Assembly (NCBI RefSeq): GCF_026571515.1
Contig: NW_026855418.1
Coordinates: forward strand, 62,001-126,000
DNA from: Ruditapes philippinarum
Taxonomy: Eukaryota
DNA length: 64,000 bases
Reading direction: 5' to 3'
The notes beneath the pieces were generated by a model, which was not told where the DNA came from, did not search any database, and saw only the letters and a list, made by a program, of their open reading frames with translations. The first letter of the stretch is position 1, and every line of letters starts with the position of its first letter. This document shows positions 27,213 through 40,646 of this stretch, piece after piece. The position numbers were made by a program, and so were the translations under genes.

Positions 27213-30200
27213 TTGGCGATGTGAATTGTATAATTATTTTTATGCCAACTAAATATTGAATTTTATTGTATTGTTAAGAAACAAATAAACATGATCAATG
27301 AAAGCTTTAACGTATCATGAAAAATTGCAAAATCTTTGTTTGTCACGTCTGGGGGATATCATTTAACGAACCAAAGAAATTTTAAGAATATGGTGAGCGA
27401 ATCTGATTCTAAAAGCACTAAATATAACAGAGATAATACATTGTGACGATATTTTGTTACCCACTCACCAAGATGCGCAATGGCATGACAGATGAATTAA
27501 GTAACATTTCATAAGCATACAAAAATGCCTATTAAGGACATCTATAAAACAAAAACTATACCAAAATATATACCGGTAACCAAAACCCTTTAACTTATAT
27601 GTCATCAAGTCGACAATCTGACAGATCTTTAAAACATTGATTGGATAGATAATGTAGACTCTCTCTCTGTAGTTTTGAAAAAAATGTATGGATTGTTTCA
27701 AAACTGATCTGAGTACGGTATTTCATTAAGATATTACTTAAGATTACAGATAACAACTTGTGAAAATATTTGTAGAAATGACATCTAAAATTGTCACATG
27801 TTGAAATGGAAAGACAGTTGCCGATGAAATAGAAACTGGTATTTTCTCAGGCACCATGTTGCACTCAAGTGGTTTTCATATTGAAATAAAGCAAATGACA
27901 AAAATGACTGACTTTGATGTCCTTTAATTTGGACGAAGGGTTTAGTTAAAAAAAAATTACACACTTTCCAAGGTATAGAGGCAGAACCGTCTGACTTAAA
28001 TAATTGAAATATTTTTAGGTAGGTTTCAAGCACGTATTGTTTAGCTTTTCTTATCGTTTTATCTAATACCCACATATACAGCGACATAAAAAGACGAAAT
28101 ATACAAAATATCTTTTCAAGTACAGTCACGTATTTTATAGGAAACAATAATTCGGAACTTGCAAGTCTTAGCTCTGAAATCATATGATAAAATTGATCAA
28201 TACAAATCACCAAAAACGGAAGCACGCAAAATAAAATACACATCAGCAACCTATAAAAATGGTGAAAACCACAAATATTCAACATAAAATACTAACTTCA
28301 CATCATCTTACCAGCTTTTAAACCATAATAATTAACATTTACATTTATCTTCATAAACAGAAAATCTACTATGAAAATCCTTACAAGACAAAATCACCTA
28401 TTACAATTCAACCAATAGCAACCAAATATATCTAACCAAACAAGTATAGCTCAACAACCAAATTCAATTCAACGACCTCATGCAATGAACCTAGATCAAT
28501 TAAGATCACCGAAATTACTTCGACCGAATTCAACAAATTCATAGAATTACATTGAAAACAACAATATTTCCTGCTCTAAAATCCTTATACATTTCGAGTC
28601 TGCCTTCCCTAAACAGATGTCAGTTTATACAAAACACTACCATGATCATAAACTAATTGTTATAATAACATATTTCCATTCAAATGTATATTTTACCTAA
28701 TTTTCAAACAACAACGGATTGAAAAGAAAAGAGAAACAAATAGCAGATTAAAACATGATATCTACAATCAACTGTAAGAAAAACATCGCTGTTGGAATAG
28801 AAATCAACAGAGTAGACAGTATGTCATAAACCGAACATACAACCTTATTAATATTGTTGTTTTTGCCATTCTTTTCGCGTTCCGTTGTCTTTATTTTCTA
28901 TCTCCAATACTGCTTACAATTTTTCCCGACTAACTTAATGAAGACTGGAGAGAGTTTTTTTTGTCAAATCAAGAAAATGTAAACATTCATCTTCTCAGAG
29001 AAAGAAAGCCTGACATAGAACATTTGGAAAGTGACTTTACTAAATCTGACATGTGGTCATGAGTGGTTCCGATAAACTCTAAATCAAGGTTGGTGGATTG
29101 TTATGAACTTTCAAGACTTTTGTTATCATATTCTAAAACCATGCAAGGTTTCTGGTTAGTTGATTCTTTTATACAGTTTTCACTCTGTTATATGTCTGTA
29201 TGTCACAGTAGCATACGCCATAAACTTGCTAACGGGTTCCGGTTTTTCACTTGCAGAATCACTTTTGTGATTTGTGCAAAATAATAGTGGGTATGAAAGG
29301 AAGTTTCTATTAAAACTTGAATCAATATCATACCAGCGTCTTGTACATTTTTAACATAATCCGATTAACGCAGTTCAGAAAAGTGTCGGTTAATATAAGC
29401 AAATATTAGGGAGCGATGCTCCGTCGTAACGAAGAAAGACCATACGCTTTTTTCTTGAGTTTGACAGTCTAACAATTGATCTAATACAAATCTTAACCAT
29501 AACAAACTAAATATTAAAAAAAATAATGCAAAGGTGCTAAATTTGATAGCCATAAAACGTTACACGTGGAATTTTAAGAATATTAAAAACTATAAAGCAT
29601 TGACAAATTCAATAAACGTCAGGTTAATCCTTGATGGATGCCTAGGTGCAATTTAAAGATCCTCATGTTGCATCACGTAGTTTCGCGATTTTATAGATGA
29701 ATTGGTAATACTTTGACTTTATAGACAATTTTTGAGCTCTGCATACAGTAAAGTGAGTTACGCACAGAGTTTAGCATATATATATATTTGTGGGGTAAAG
29801 GATTGCGGCCCTTTGTCATGTCTCGTCTAGAAGAATTAAATTTTATGCAGCCTCAATAAATTTTTAATGTACTCCTTCCTTACTTGCGATACGCTTTATA
29901 GTGCTGCAAATCAGCCTATTTTACTAGCCTATTTAGAGAGGTAAGTGGTCTATGTCACCCAACAGCATGTTTCATATACCAAAATGTTTGTTTGTATATG
30001 TAGTTTTCGGAATGGATATTTATTTGACCCGACTCCGATGCGAAGCTAAGATATCCAAGATGGCGTCAAAGATGGCCGCCAAATTCTAAATATTCTAGTA
30101 TATTTACGTTGGCTAATATTTTTCTCAGTTTTTTTAAATCAGTTGAAATTTAACATGAAATTATTTATTTTCTAACTCACTCATGCTATAAATTCTGACT

Positions 30201-31256
30201 TTAATACATTTCTTTTTAGTTTTCATCATCTTATTTTAACGAAAAAAGAAAAAAATATGTTGCAAACTGGGTGACCTTCTCTTAATATGCGTAACTTATT
30301 ACTTTATTTTTGTTTAAACTGATTAACATTCATGATTTCGTTTCATACAGATTTAAAAATGTATCTGTATATCTTTAGAATAAGTTAAATCTGCCATAAA
30401 TATATTTAATTGATCTAAACACACATACAAAGTGGGTGGGGTATTACGAACAGCGGTCAACTGTAAATTAGATACTTCTTTGTTTTATATTATAATGAAA
30501 AGTGATATTAAAAAAATTAACAATATTTTGAATTATTAAGCGATGAGAAATCTTTTCTTTCATAGATAATGCCCTGCATGTGTGTCTTAATGTTGAACTA
30601 TCTCTTTTAATTTCTTTATGCAAAGAATAAGGAACTTATTGACTGACCTGCAATTTGGTATTCGCGTTGAACTTGTGCTAGCCCTTGGTTAAGGATTTGT
30701 TTGCAAGCTTCTTTCTCCTTAGCAATAAACAGTCATTGTCAGTCTTCAAATATGATTTTGATTCACTTTTAAAGACCCAGTACTAAGCATTGATTTAGAA
30801 ATAATTATATTTCTTTATAAACATAAAAGAATTTCTATGGACAAGATTTATCTCCACAACCATTGAGGTAATGCACTTGAAACTAAACACATCTTTTGAG
30901 ATCATTATTGTAGGTTACTTCTCTCTAAATGTTTCTTCAAAGAAATTCAAAACTTTATGAATAAGAAAATTCCTTATTCATTCAGGCTGATGATTTTGAA
31001 TATTCGAGCGTGCTGTTCGATATGCAGCTCTTGTTTGATAAGTATGATAATTTATAATTGAACTGTGTTTGGAATTTTGTAATTATTGATGACGGATATA
31101 ATATAAACATGAAAATGTAAGATGTAATTTGCTAGAACATTTGAAATGGTAGGTAATTCATTTTACAGTAAGAGACTTTCCTGCTAGACTGGATCTGAAT
31201 TATGAAAAAAATAGTATATTTATAGTGAGTGAATTAAAAAAATGAGAGCAGTTTCA

Positions 31257-31816
31257 ATTTAGCTCGATTATTTGACGATTAAGGAGAACTATCCTAGTTC
31301 CCCAATCGTCGGCTTCGGCGTAACCACTTGCGTTAATGTATGCATAGCACCTCAAATATTTTCAAAGTCCATTGACAAAATAATGGCTTTGAAACTTGCA
31401 CATTTGTTTACCATCATGTCCCCAACATGAACACTCAAGGAGGTAACTCTATCAAGCATTTTGACATAATTATGTCCCTTTTTTCAACTTTGAATTTACA
31501 ATAAAGTTTGTGTACCACCTCGAATATTTTCAAATTCCATTGACTTCTGGATTTGAAACTGTGTACACTTGTTCACCATCATTCCCCCATTCTGTACACA
31601 GAAGGGGGTATCTTTATCAAGCATTTTGACAGAATTATGCCCCTTATTCGCCTTACATTGTACGTTTAAGATTGCGTACCACCTCAGATAATTTCAAAAT
31701 TTCAACGTCATATCGCTTTGAGACCTTGCACACATTTTTCCCCATTATAATCTCAATCTGTGTACAGGAGGAGGCTATATACTGTATCAAGCTTTTACTT
31801 TACAATATTATGCTCC
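31257..31816 (-). mobile_element. HINE/Helentron-like element with ~3 internal units of ~160 bp
   Basis: Begins tttagctcga, has repeated ttgaaact..cac....tt.accatca units, and ends gagcacgctgtcc...cagctcttgt. A decayed relative ends at ~31035. Confidence 0.65.
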
Positions 31817-32179
31817 ATTTTTCTACTATCCCGCACTGAACATAGTCGAGCACGCTGTCCTACTGACAGCTCTTGTATATGAATTTTGAGAAAATTTATA
31901 AATAATTTGTTTCAAACTGTTGTTAAATTAATGGGAGGAATTAAGAAGAGCTTTTTATTGGGCGACAATAGCTGAACATTTCCCTGGCGGGTACTTTAAA
32001 GTAATACTAGGTGCTGGGGGGGGGGCGAAGACGGTAACTTGCACTTTCCAGTACCGTCACTTTCCAGTACCGTCCATGAACAGGCTCAATCAAACCGAGC
32101 CTGCAACATCAGGTTTCAGTGTTGTGAGGCACGCGTAAAAAGCTGCATTTTACCTAATTTCAGTGATATATTTAATAGG

Positions 32180-32457
32180 TCCTTCGGAATGGTGGTGACT
32201 GTGTTGGTAGTTTTTGGTCCGGATCACGGCAGTAAGCCACATTGAATTTACCAGAGCGCAGTTCAGCCACCGCATCGTTCCTGGGCAGGCTGCCAAGCAG
32301 TTTACCAGTACTAGTTGCCTTCACTTTCTCAAAGGACTGAAACTTCTGTACGTTCCAGAGCAGAGGAACAGTGCGAATGACCGTAGAAAAAATTTCATGA
32401 TCATTCACAACGAAAGTGGGGAGTCATCCGCTCTACCTATTGAGCTAACCGGACGGA
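32180..32457 (-). mobile_element. tRNA-derived SINE (family also at 44180-44404 and 45140-45415)
   Basis: ccggttagctcaataggtagag A-box head on the minus strand. The shared body gcatcgttcctg..caggct...aatgaccgtagaaa..tttcatgatca recurs at three loci. Confidence 0.75.
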
Positions 32458-32574
32458 TTTTATCAACTTGACTTTTTTTTGTTCTCAAAGGATCGTCTCT
32501 TTTCCCGAAGTTTACAATCAAAATGCCAATGATATGTTACTGGCACCAGATAGCTGAGTTTCTTTTAAATTGTT

Positions 32575-33110
32575 ACGGCAGGGATATTATGTGAACAAGA
32601 TCATCAAGGAAAGGCGGTGTTCACTGAACGCAAGTCTCTCTCCTAATTCACAAACGGAGGTTATACATTGCCTTAAATAACACTTACCGCTACCTAGATG
32701 ATATCATTAACATGAATAATCCTTATTTTGATCAAATTATGTCAAATGAAATCCTAAATATATCAAAGTGAACTTAAAATGAATAAGACAAACTCTTCAT
32801 CTTTTTTAGATTTAAACATTTCTATCATTAACAATAACATAGTAACTAAAATGTATGATAAAAGAGATGATTTGATTTTAAATATCGTTAACTGTTCGCA
32901 TGTACTTCATGCAAAATCATATGGGGTATATATTTCTAAGTTAATTAGATTTGCCAGGGTCTGTTGTCGTGTGGATGATTTTAATGAACGCAATTTATTG
33001 CAAACTTCTTCAACAAGGCTATCGCTATCATAAATAACGTAAAAATTTTACAAAGTTGTATCGTCGTAATTCAGATATATTTCAAAATTTTATTGTACTT
33101 TAATAAAATT
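32575..33110 (+). mobile_element. Penelope-like element reverse transcriptase relic
   Basis: YRYLDDII (32684-32707), SSFLDLNI, KMYDKRDD, YGVYISKLIRFARVC, with frameshifts. Confidence 0.8.
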
Positions 33111-34742
33111 TACAACTATGTATTAGCAAGACTGGTTTTTGTTGATAGTACAGCTTATCTGTGATATGCAGTACTTTGGTAATGGTCATTAGGCTGTATC
33201 TTTTTGTCCATATTTACATGATGATTTATCTGTTTCTAATGTTACCATGACAATTGTTAGAATTTTATTTGGCGGGGTTACACTTATAGGAACATACCGG
33301 TAGTGGTAATTGCAAGCTACCATCCACACCCTCTAGCATTGGCTTAAGCAGAATTCTCAATTTTGCATAAACTGGCACACTTTAAAAGGAAATGAAGAAA
33401 CTTCCAAAGATGTATTCATACGAAAGTGATCATGGTATCTTCAATGTAAAATGTTTGTGCAAGTTCACGACATACAACGTATTGTCCCCAAGTTATAGAA
33501 AACAATGGGAGAAACTAAATAAAATGGCTTTATAAAACGGGATCAAAAGACAATCTTTAAAAGCAGGCAACATATCCCAAGGGTTATTATACTATTCAAA
33601 TAGGAATACTAGAATCACACAAGTCGAAAAAGGTCAAATGAAAGGAATGTAAAATATCTCAAACACAATAATAATGCCAAGCTGAACGATTTTCATATTA
33701 ACATAATGTTTTATCCGACTACCATGCATGTTTCATTAAACCGAAGGCCAATGGAGTAATGATACATGTAAATAAAGATATCTATTTTTTTTTAAATAAC
33801 TGTTTAAGCGACTTATAAGATAAAATACATTTCATTTTACATAAAAGGTGTGTAACATATAGATAAATAAACAATTTTACTTTGCATACTGTTCAATTCT
33901 TTAGGTGAACTTGCAACAAAATCATGCGTATTAAATTGGTAATACATTTTTGATAGGTTATTAACTAGATCTTACAAGAGTCCTCTAATGGTATCTTTCT
34001 TTTAAAATCAACTTAGGTGTGTTTAGTTACGTAAATATATTCATTCCATATAATAAATATATTCGAGGGATCAGACTTTCTCTAGATTTTTATTGACATC
34101 AACTAAAAATGGTGGGTGGGGTTCGATTTGAACAGTAATTCATTAAATTACCAGAAGAAAATTATCATATTCCTTGTTAATTATGTTAATATGTTACATG
34201 GACTGCACCAAAGAAGCTATAATTTGACAGAAACACAAAATAGGGGAAATAATTGATAGAACAAATAAGTACGAGTCACAACCTTACATTGTAAAACTAT
34301 TTTAATGTAGTGCATCTCATTTTATATGTCTTACTGCTTAATAACAAACAAAGATTTCTTCAGATATGATATAAATACATTAAAGCATTACTCTCATGAG
34401 TACATTACAATAGTGGAATAACAAAATAAGTAATACATAATAAGCATAGACAAGAGTATCGTAGCAAAACCATAAGTTTAGCATTATTTTGCATATTTAT
34501 GTATAAAAAAGAAAAAATGCAATCCGTTTTCTCCAGTAAAGTATTGTCGTATAAAACATTTTAAATTGCATCTTCCGTGCTAAATTTTACTTGAAATATA
34601 AAAATGGAAACAAATATGAGCCAACATTAATGTTCTAGAATATTTAGGGATTTGGCGGCCATCTTTGACGCCATCTTGGATTTCTACGCTTTGCATCGGA
34701 CTTGAGCCAAATGAATATTTATTCCGGAAACTATAGACCTAG

Positions 34743-35000
34743 ACGAACAATTTGGTATATAAAACTTGCTGTTGGCTGACATAGACCACTTCGATGCCAT
34801 TTTACCCTATGAATTTGCAGCACTATTAAACGTTTTATGCGCACTTGCTTGCCATATCAATCATAATTATATATATTTATGATTGATATGGCAAGCAAAA
34901 GCGCATAAAACGTTTAATAGTGCTGCAAATTCATAGGGTAAAATGGCATCGAAGTGGTCTATGTCAGCCAACAGCAAGTTTTATATACCAAATTGTTCGT
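34743..35000. repeat. 258-bp near-perfect palindrome (fold-back)
   Basis: Arms are symmetric about 34871/34872, with a 2-nt mismatch in the arms and a (TA)n centre. Confidence 0.95.
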
Positions 35001-35731
35001 ATGTGTGTGTTGTTAAGAGTGCGCGAGTACTCTTTTTGTACATAAGTGATGAAGTTCCGTCAAGACGTCATTCACGATACCGTTGTACACATAAGTCAAA
35101 CACATTTTTAATACCTCCAGGGAACAAATATTTACTTCAACACTTATATATTACTTGGTATACTTCGTATACTTGATATATATTATCTGCCCGTTTCAAC
35201 ATTCTTTTAAATATTCAGAAGATAATTATTATAAATCCATATTTCTCTATAAAACATTTATGGTTGCTGGCAACCATTATGTGATTTTCAAAATCGTACT
35301 TAATCCAGCACAATAAAGGCAATACAGTTTTTTCATGAGAAAAAAGCTGAAACGGTATATACAAATTTCAGCGTGACTATAAAGTTTAAAGAACAGATGG
35401 GTGGGGTTGGATGTGCGCGCGAGGTGTCAGTTCGTGTTTAACATGTATCGACAACACCAGAAAGCAATCTATGTTATATTCATGTATTACAGGTACGAGT
35501 AGAAGGTAAATTTGAGATATTTGAAGTACATTGAAACAGTTACGGGAATGTAGTAAAAAATAAAATATATTTACACACACAATGCAACTTTAAAATGTAA
35601 TTATTTTACGGGTCATAAATTATTTTTGATAATATGGTTAACATGGTCTTTAATAAAAAATGGTAACAGTGTTGTTTGGCAAGATTGTTGTGTGACTCAT
35701 TAACTTTCGGAAGCATTTTCGCTAGTTTCCG

Positions 35732-36078
35732 TAATTAAGTAATAGATATACCATTGGTGCGTTGACGATTTCTGGGTTTGCGTAAATTATACCATAATCA
35801 CGTGACCTTTCTTATGCCTTGACCTCACGAGACGAAGTCGAGTGAGGTTGTATAAGAAAGGTCACGTGATTATGGTATAATTTACGCAAACCCAGAAATC
35901 GTCAACGCACCAATGGTGTATCTGTTTTAACCTATAGCTCCGCCCAGAAACACTTACTCTTTCGATCTTCAAAACTGAAAATTATACCATAGTCTGGGTA
36001 TGGTATAATTTACGGTTATTGGAAATTATACTTGGAAGAATTTTACATAAGAAGCGCTGAAGAGCTATAGGTTAATTA
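35732..36078. mobile_element. Palindromic non-autonomous element (multi-hairpin)
   Basis: 180-bp hairpin at 35744-35923, a second IR pair at 35927-35940 / 36062-36075, and an inner hairpin at 35979-36011. Confidence 0.75.
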
Positions 36079-36499
36079 CGATTTATTTATTGATTTGTAT
36101 GAATATTTATTTACATGTGCTTCATGGTATACTAACCCCTCGATAGCTTAGTGGTGAAAATGATATTGCATAGCAATTGCGAAGTTGAAAGCTTGTATCC
36201 TTAATAAAGTATTTATCTTTCAGATTTATTTATCTTTAAATAAAATGCGATATCAGCGCCTTTCATCGTTTCTTTAACATCTTTAGTCTTTTCCTTTTAA
36301 AAAAATCTTAATTTGATAGATGAAAATGTATTCAATTTGTACAGTCGTACAATGCATGGGTGATTGGCGTACAAAAAAAAAGTTTCGCAAAACATAAAAA
36401 ACCCAAAAGAAATGATGTTCCATTTAGATTCAAACCTACAGCCTTTAATTTGAAACAAGAAACTATTAACGTCTTCTCATTGAGGCTAGTTAGTCAAGT

Positions 36500-36660
36500 G
36501 TTGTTTGTTTGTTTTGGATTGTACGTCACATCGACACCGTATAGGTCGCGACAGTCCAGCTTTACTGGTGAAGGAAGTCCCTGTCGGGATTCGAACCCAC
36601 AGCGGTGAGGGAAAGTGGTTTGAAGTCAACGACCTTAACCACTTGGCCACGGACGCCCCA
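36500..36660 (-). mobile_element. tRNA-derived SINE
   Basis: Minus strand: ggggcgtccgtggccaagtggttaagg...gtgggttcgaatccc, ending in an (aaac)n tail. Related pieces at ~4850-5050, ~20310-20390 and ~47685-47790. Confidence 0.8.
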
Positions 36661-37670
36661 TCAAGTGTTGTGTAGGTAACTTAGGTTATACAGAAACCAT
36701 ATATACCGTTTTGCCATAATTCAAAATCCGTACGATAAACCTCTGAATCCAACAATTACCGACAAAAGGTCGTGGAATATTAAAATACATCAGGCCAATA
36801 TTGCCAAACAATACATTCATATCAACAGTTCGATATAAATATATAAACAGTTTCGAAACACAATTTACAGCCTGTTTGCCGACAAAGTTTGTCGTTTACC
36901 GAATATTTTATACATAAAGTATCTAAAAGAAAAGAATACAAATTCTAAAAAAGAATACTTTTTTCAGTACAGTTAGAAAACCATGAAGTGAGAAACATTT
37001 GAAACTTTAATTATATATTAAAGCTACTATCCCGCACAAAACGGGTTTAAAACAATATCATATTTGTTTACAGTAATTAAATTTGCAAAGAAGTAAAACA
37101 TTCAGTTTTCACGAGAATGACATAACGATTGTTATGTTTCACTTGACACACATATGAACACCCCTATTATCACACCCGTTGACAGTAGGACATGTCATTT
37201 TAAAACCGGATTACCAAGATATTTTCTTCCTTTTTGTCTCTTCGTAGCAACATAATTCTGTACGATGTATTGTGAAGCAGTCGAGTGCAGGATGACAAAC
37301 TTACCAAGCGCACAACTGTTCTACCCGAAACCTACGGATCTATTTGCAACAAGTTATCGGGTATATTTATAATTTTAGTGAATATTTACTAAATAAACGT
37401 TGTAACGGTTTAAAATTACAGCATGATAAATTTTGCGAAAACTTTACTTCGTTGTTTTTCCGTCGAATAAGTCATGTATGAATCATCAAGTTCCATATAA
37501 ATATTCGAGTCGGTGGTGAATGTTTTTCGTTTGAAGTTATTTTATTTCAAAAACGCCCAAACTACAATGTGTGGGAAAGTAGCTTTTAACTGTCTAGCAT
37601 TATTTTTATGTCATATTTTAAGTTTTGATTTAGAAGTATAATAATTCAGTGCTGGGATTTGCAATAATTA

Positions 37671-37952
37671 TTAATGAGTGAGCTTATGTCTCCAGAGGTA
37701 ATATACTCCCATACCAACGAAACATATTACACACGCCATTACTAAATCAACTTCTGCTAAACTCTCACGCCAATTACGTGGCAAATAGTCAACATATTTT
37801 CGTTTCATGGCATTTTCAAATACAAATAGTAGTCTTTTAGTGATGCTCAAGAATTGCTCAGTTCTGTCCAGATCCACTGCAAAACCTGTTATTTGTACCG
37901 GTAAGACTTCCTTGTACAAGTGCCATTTGTCTTCATTCGATATAAGTTGAAC
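37671..37952 (-). CDS. Candidate distal terminal exon with C-terminal transmembrane tail anchor
   Basis: tttgccag|GTT, phase 0, 94 codons to TAA: VQLISNEDKWHLYKEV...LVMACVICFVGMGVYYLWRHKLTH*. Phase-compatible with exon 7, but it may belong to a separate small gene. Confidence 0.45.
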   Translation of the reverse strand, partial: VQLISNEDKWHLYKEVLPVQITGFAVDLDRTEQFLSITKRLLFVFENAMKRKYVDYLPRNWRESLAEVDLVMACVICFVGMGVYYLWRHKLTH

Positions 37953-38992
37953 CTGGCAAATAAATTTACGTTATTTTATTTAAACTATATAAAACAGAAC
38001 AAAAGACGAAAGTATCTCACCCTTTCAGGATACATGTATTTCATTGTGAAACTTAGGTGATGTCACTTGTGCACACAATTGATTACCTTAAAGTGGTTTG
38101 TACATCTCTGGTGTTCTTAAACTATTTTTGATAAGTTATGTAATTAAACAAAACATTTGTTTTAAATTGATAACTACTTAGACACATATAAAAAGGCCAA
38201 GAATAGGCACATATTGCTAACCTGATATTAATTGCTATCTCCACCACATGATTTCAACAAAAATGAGAATAAGTCAAGGTGTTGTGAGGGATGTTGCACT
38301 GTTCCAATATACCTTATGAATAGACTCACACAAACCGGGTTTCAATTTGCATGTTTTTCTTGTTAAAAAAGTGGCATATTTCAGCCATGGTTAACTAGGC
38401 AAGGCAACATCCTTATCATCTCTCCTATTTATCTTGTGGTTTCTGTGGAGGCTATCTTTTATAATTACTTTTTGATATATGTCTTTCTAACATTACTGAG
38501 CAGTTACGCTCCGTTCGCAGTTCAATGAATACACACGTTTCTTCACACGTAAGAAAGTGAGCGATAGCAAAACATTGGAACGATGCGCAGGAAAGAATTG
38601 CAAGCCATGTTCGATCCCAAATTACTAAGCATAACTAAAGCCCACTTAATCTAAGCTCTAGACCATTTGATGAAACAACGAGAGAAGAAACAAAGGCGCT
38701 ATCATTTTTAAGCTATGCGTACATATATTGTTCCTTTTTTACGCCGTGATTAACACGTTTGGTCATATATCGGCGATCAAGTTACTTGGCCTTTAATGAT
38801 AACTAACTTGTAATTTCTTCGTTTGTGACTGACCATTAGTTATTTATGATAAATATCCTAAGTCAGCGGTAAGACACACAAATGACTAATACTTCTAATC
38901 TCCGAGATAAATTGTCACGGCTCATTTCCCACGTCCAAAACGACTCCAAGAGTTCATATTCGGTACTCGACCAATTGAGCTAAGCTATATGT

Positions 38993-40646
38993 AAAGGCCC
39001 TGTCTAAGTAGACTGCACTTTCACTTCGTTTGCACGGTGTTGTTAAATTACACAAAGCGCTATGAGATCGCAACAAAATATGATATTTTCGATGACATGG
39101 AGACTTCACGGCGTCCTTACGGCGATCATGGTGATGGTACGGCGCTAGTCGGCGTTTTAATTGGCGATAGTCTGCGTTCGGACTGTGCTTCTACTGTGTT
39201 CTCTGCGCTTGTATGAAGCTCTCGCCGCGCTCACACTACACTGAAATCGTATAGCTCCATGAACACGCTGTATAGGCGCGGCAGAAACGCCACACAATCC
39301 AATGTCCGTGGATAACCATCGGTTCATTCGGCGTTTTTTGTTTGCTTTTACGGCGTTCCTGTTGCGTTGTAGGAGATGCTATTGAGTTGCTACGACGTCT
39401 TTTTCTGCGAGCCCACTGCGCTCTTATCAGAACACCGAATGGCGGCGTTTGTTAAACCCCTGTCACAATAGGGCGGCGTTCTCACGGCGTCCAAAGAAAA
39501 TTCAGAACGCAAATTCAGAACGCCGAGGTGAGCGCATTAAGATCGTAAACACCGCCGCAGCAGCACCACAGCATAGAAGTGGCATCGCATAGACCGCCGA
39601 CCGACGGCGCACATTTTTAGCATGCTCAAAACAGACGTTGTCACTCGGCGTTCAGAAAATAGCGCTGTGGGATCGCAGTAAGGACGCCGTAGCAACTTGG
39701 TTACAACCCCTTCAACGCAACAGGAGCGCCGTGAAAGCGCAGAGGGAACGCCGAATAGACGACGTAATTATCCATGGCGCTTGTACGGAGATTGTGCGGC
39801 ATCTCTTCGTCGCATATACTGCGTGTGTACGGCGCTTTTATTTTTTCAAAACGCTCTTATTGCGACTTTACACCACTGTCACGGCGACCAATGCACACAC
39901 AAGGCGATTCTAGTGCGTTCATCAAAATTGCAGAATACGGTTCAGTAGTACCCCTTCTTAAAACCACCCGGAATAAAGACCAACCCTTTGTTAATTATAT
40001 CCACAATTAATACCATCCGAAATTAAAACCATTTTAGTCCAGTTCCTTTGGTGGTCTTTATACTCTTTGAGGGTTTTCACTGTATATATAGAACGTGTTT
40101 GCAAGGAAATGTCCTTGGATGATGAACGACAGCAAGCTGGAAAATTGCTTGCTTGCATGCAGGTGCATTAGGTTCACGACTATTCAGAATGAGTAATCGC
40201 TGGTATATAAAGCACGATTTCAACGCAGTGTGAGCGCCGCGAGAGCGCCGTATAAAGGTTGTGAAAACAAAGTAGAAGAGCAGTCCGGATGCAGTCAATC
40301 GCCAATTAAAACGCCGTAAGAACGCATTGCAACGCCGTGGAAGCTCAGAAACAACGCCATGATCGCTTTGAGGACGCTGTTAAGACGCTGTGAAGTCTCC
40401 ATGTCATCTAAAATATCAGATTTTTCTTGCGATCTCGTGACGCTTTGTTAAATTTAACAACGCCGTGCAAACGCAGTAAAAGCGCAGTATGACAGGGCAT
40501 TCACGAGCATGCTTAAAATGCGCGCCGTCCGTCGGCAATCTATGCGATGCCACTACGATGCTACGGCGATGTTGGTGATCTAACTGCGTTCAACTCGGCG
40601 TTCTGAATTTTCTTTGGATGCCGCCCTTGTGGGACAGGGGTTTAAG
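38993..40646. mobile_element. GC-rich PIF/Harbinger-like MITE pair, one nested in the other in opposite orientation
   Basis: Ends ccctgtc(a) / gacaggg. 38995-39185 is the reverse complement of ~40280-40498, and 39453-39627 is the reverse complement of 40505-40645. Confidence 0.7.
39943..40082. mobile_element. Small Tc1/pogo-like MITE
   Basis: CAGTAGTACCCC...GGTTTTCACTG|TA termini, with an internal taaagacca/tggtcttta IR. Confidence 0.55.

Larger units (their letters stand above)
29899..34825. mobile_element. Academ-like non-autonomous DNA transposon with nested insertions
   Basis: Imperfect TIRs of ~190 bp (TAGTGCTGCAAAT...ATTTGCAGCACTA). TAG...CTA termini and a 3-bp TSD TTA at 29896-29898 and 34826-34828. 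No transposase seen; the superfamily is inferred from termini and TSD. Confidence 0.7.

Noticed and set aside
27780-29000. A-rich stretch that looks like a decayed coding or retroelement relic, including ORF 27794-28285
   Set aside because: No diagnostic motif could be read, and the ORF has low-complexity, non-coding-like composition.
39638-40298. ORFs inside the GC-rich MITE cluster
   Set aside because: Overlapping short frames in all phases with no transposase motifs, as expected by chance in GC-rich repeats.
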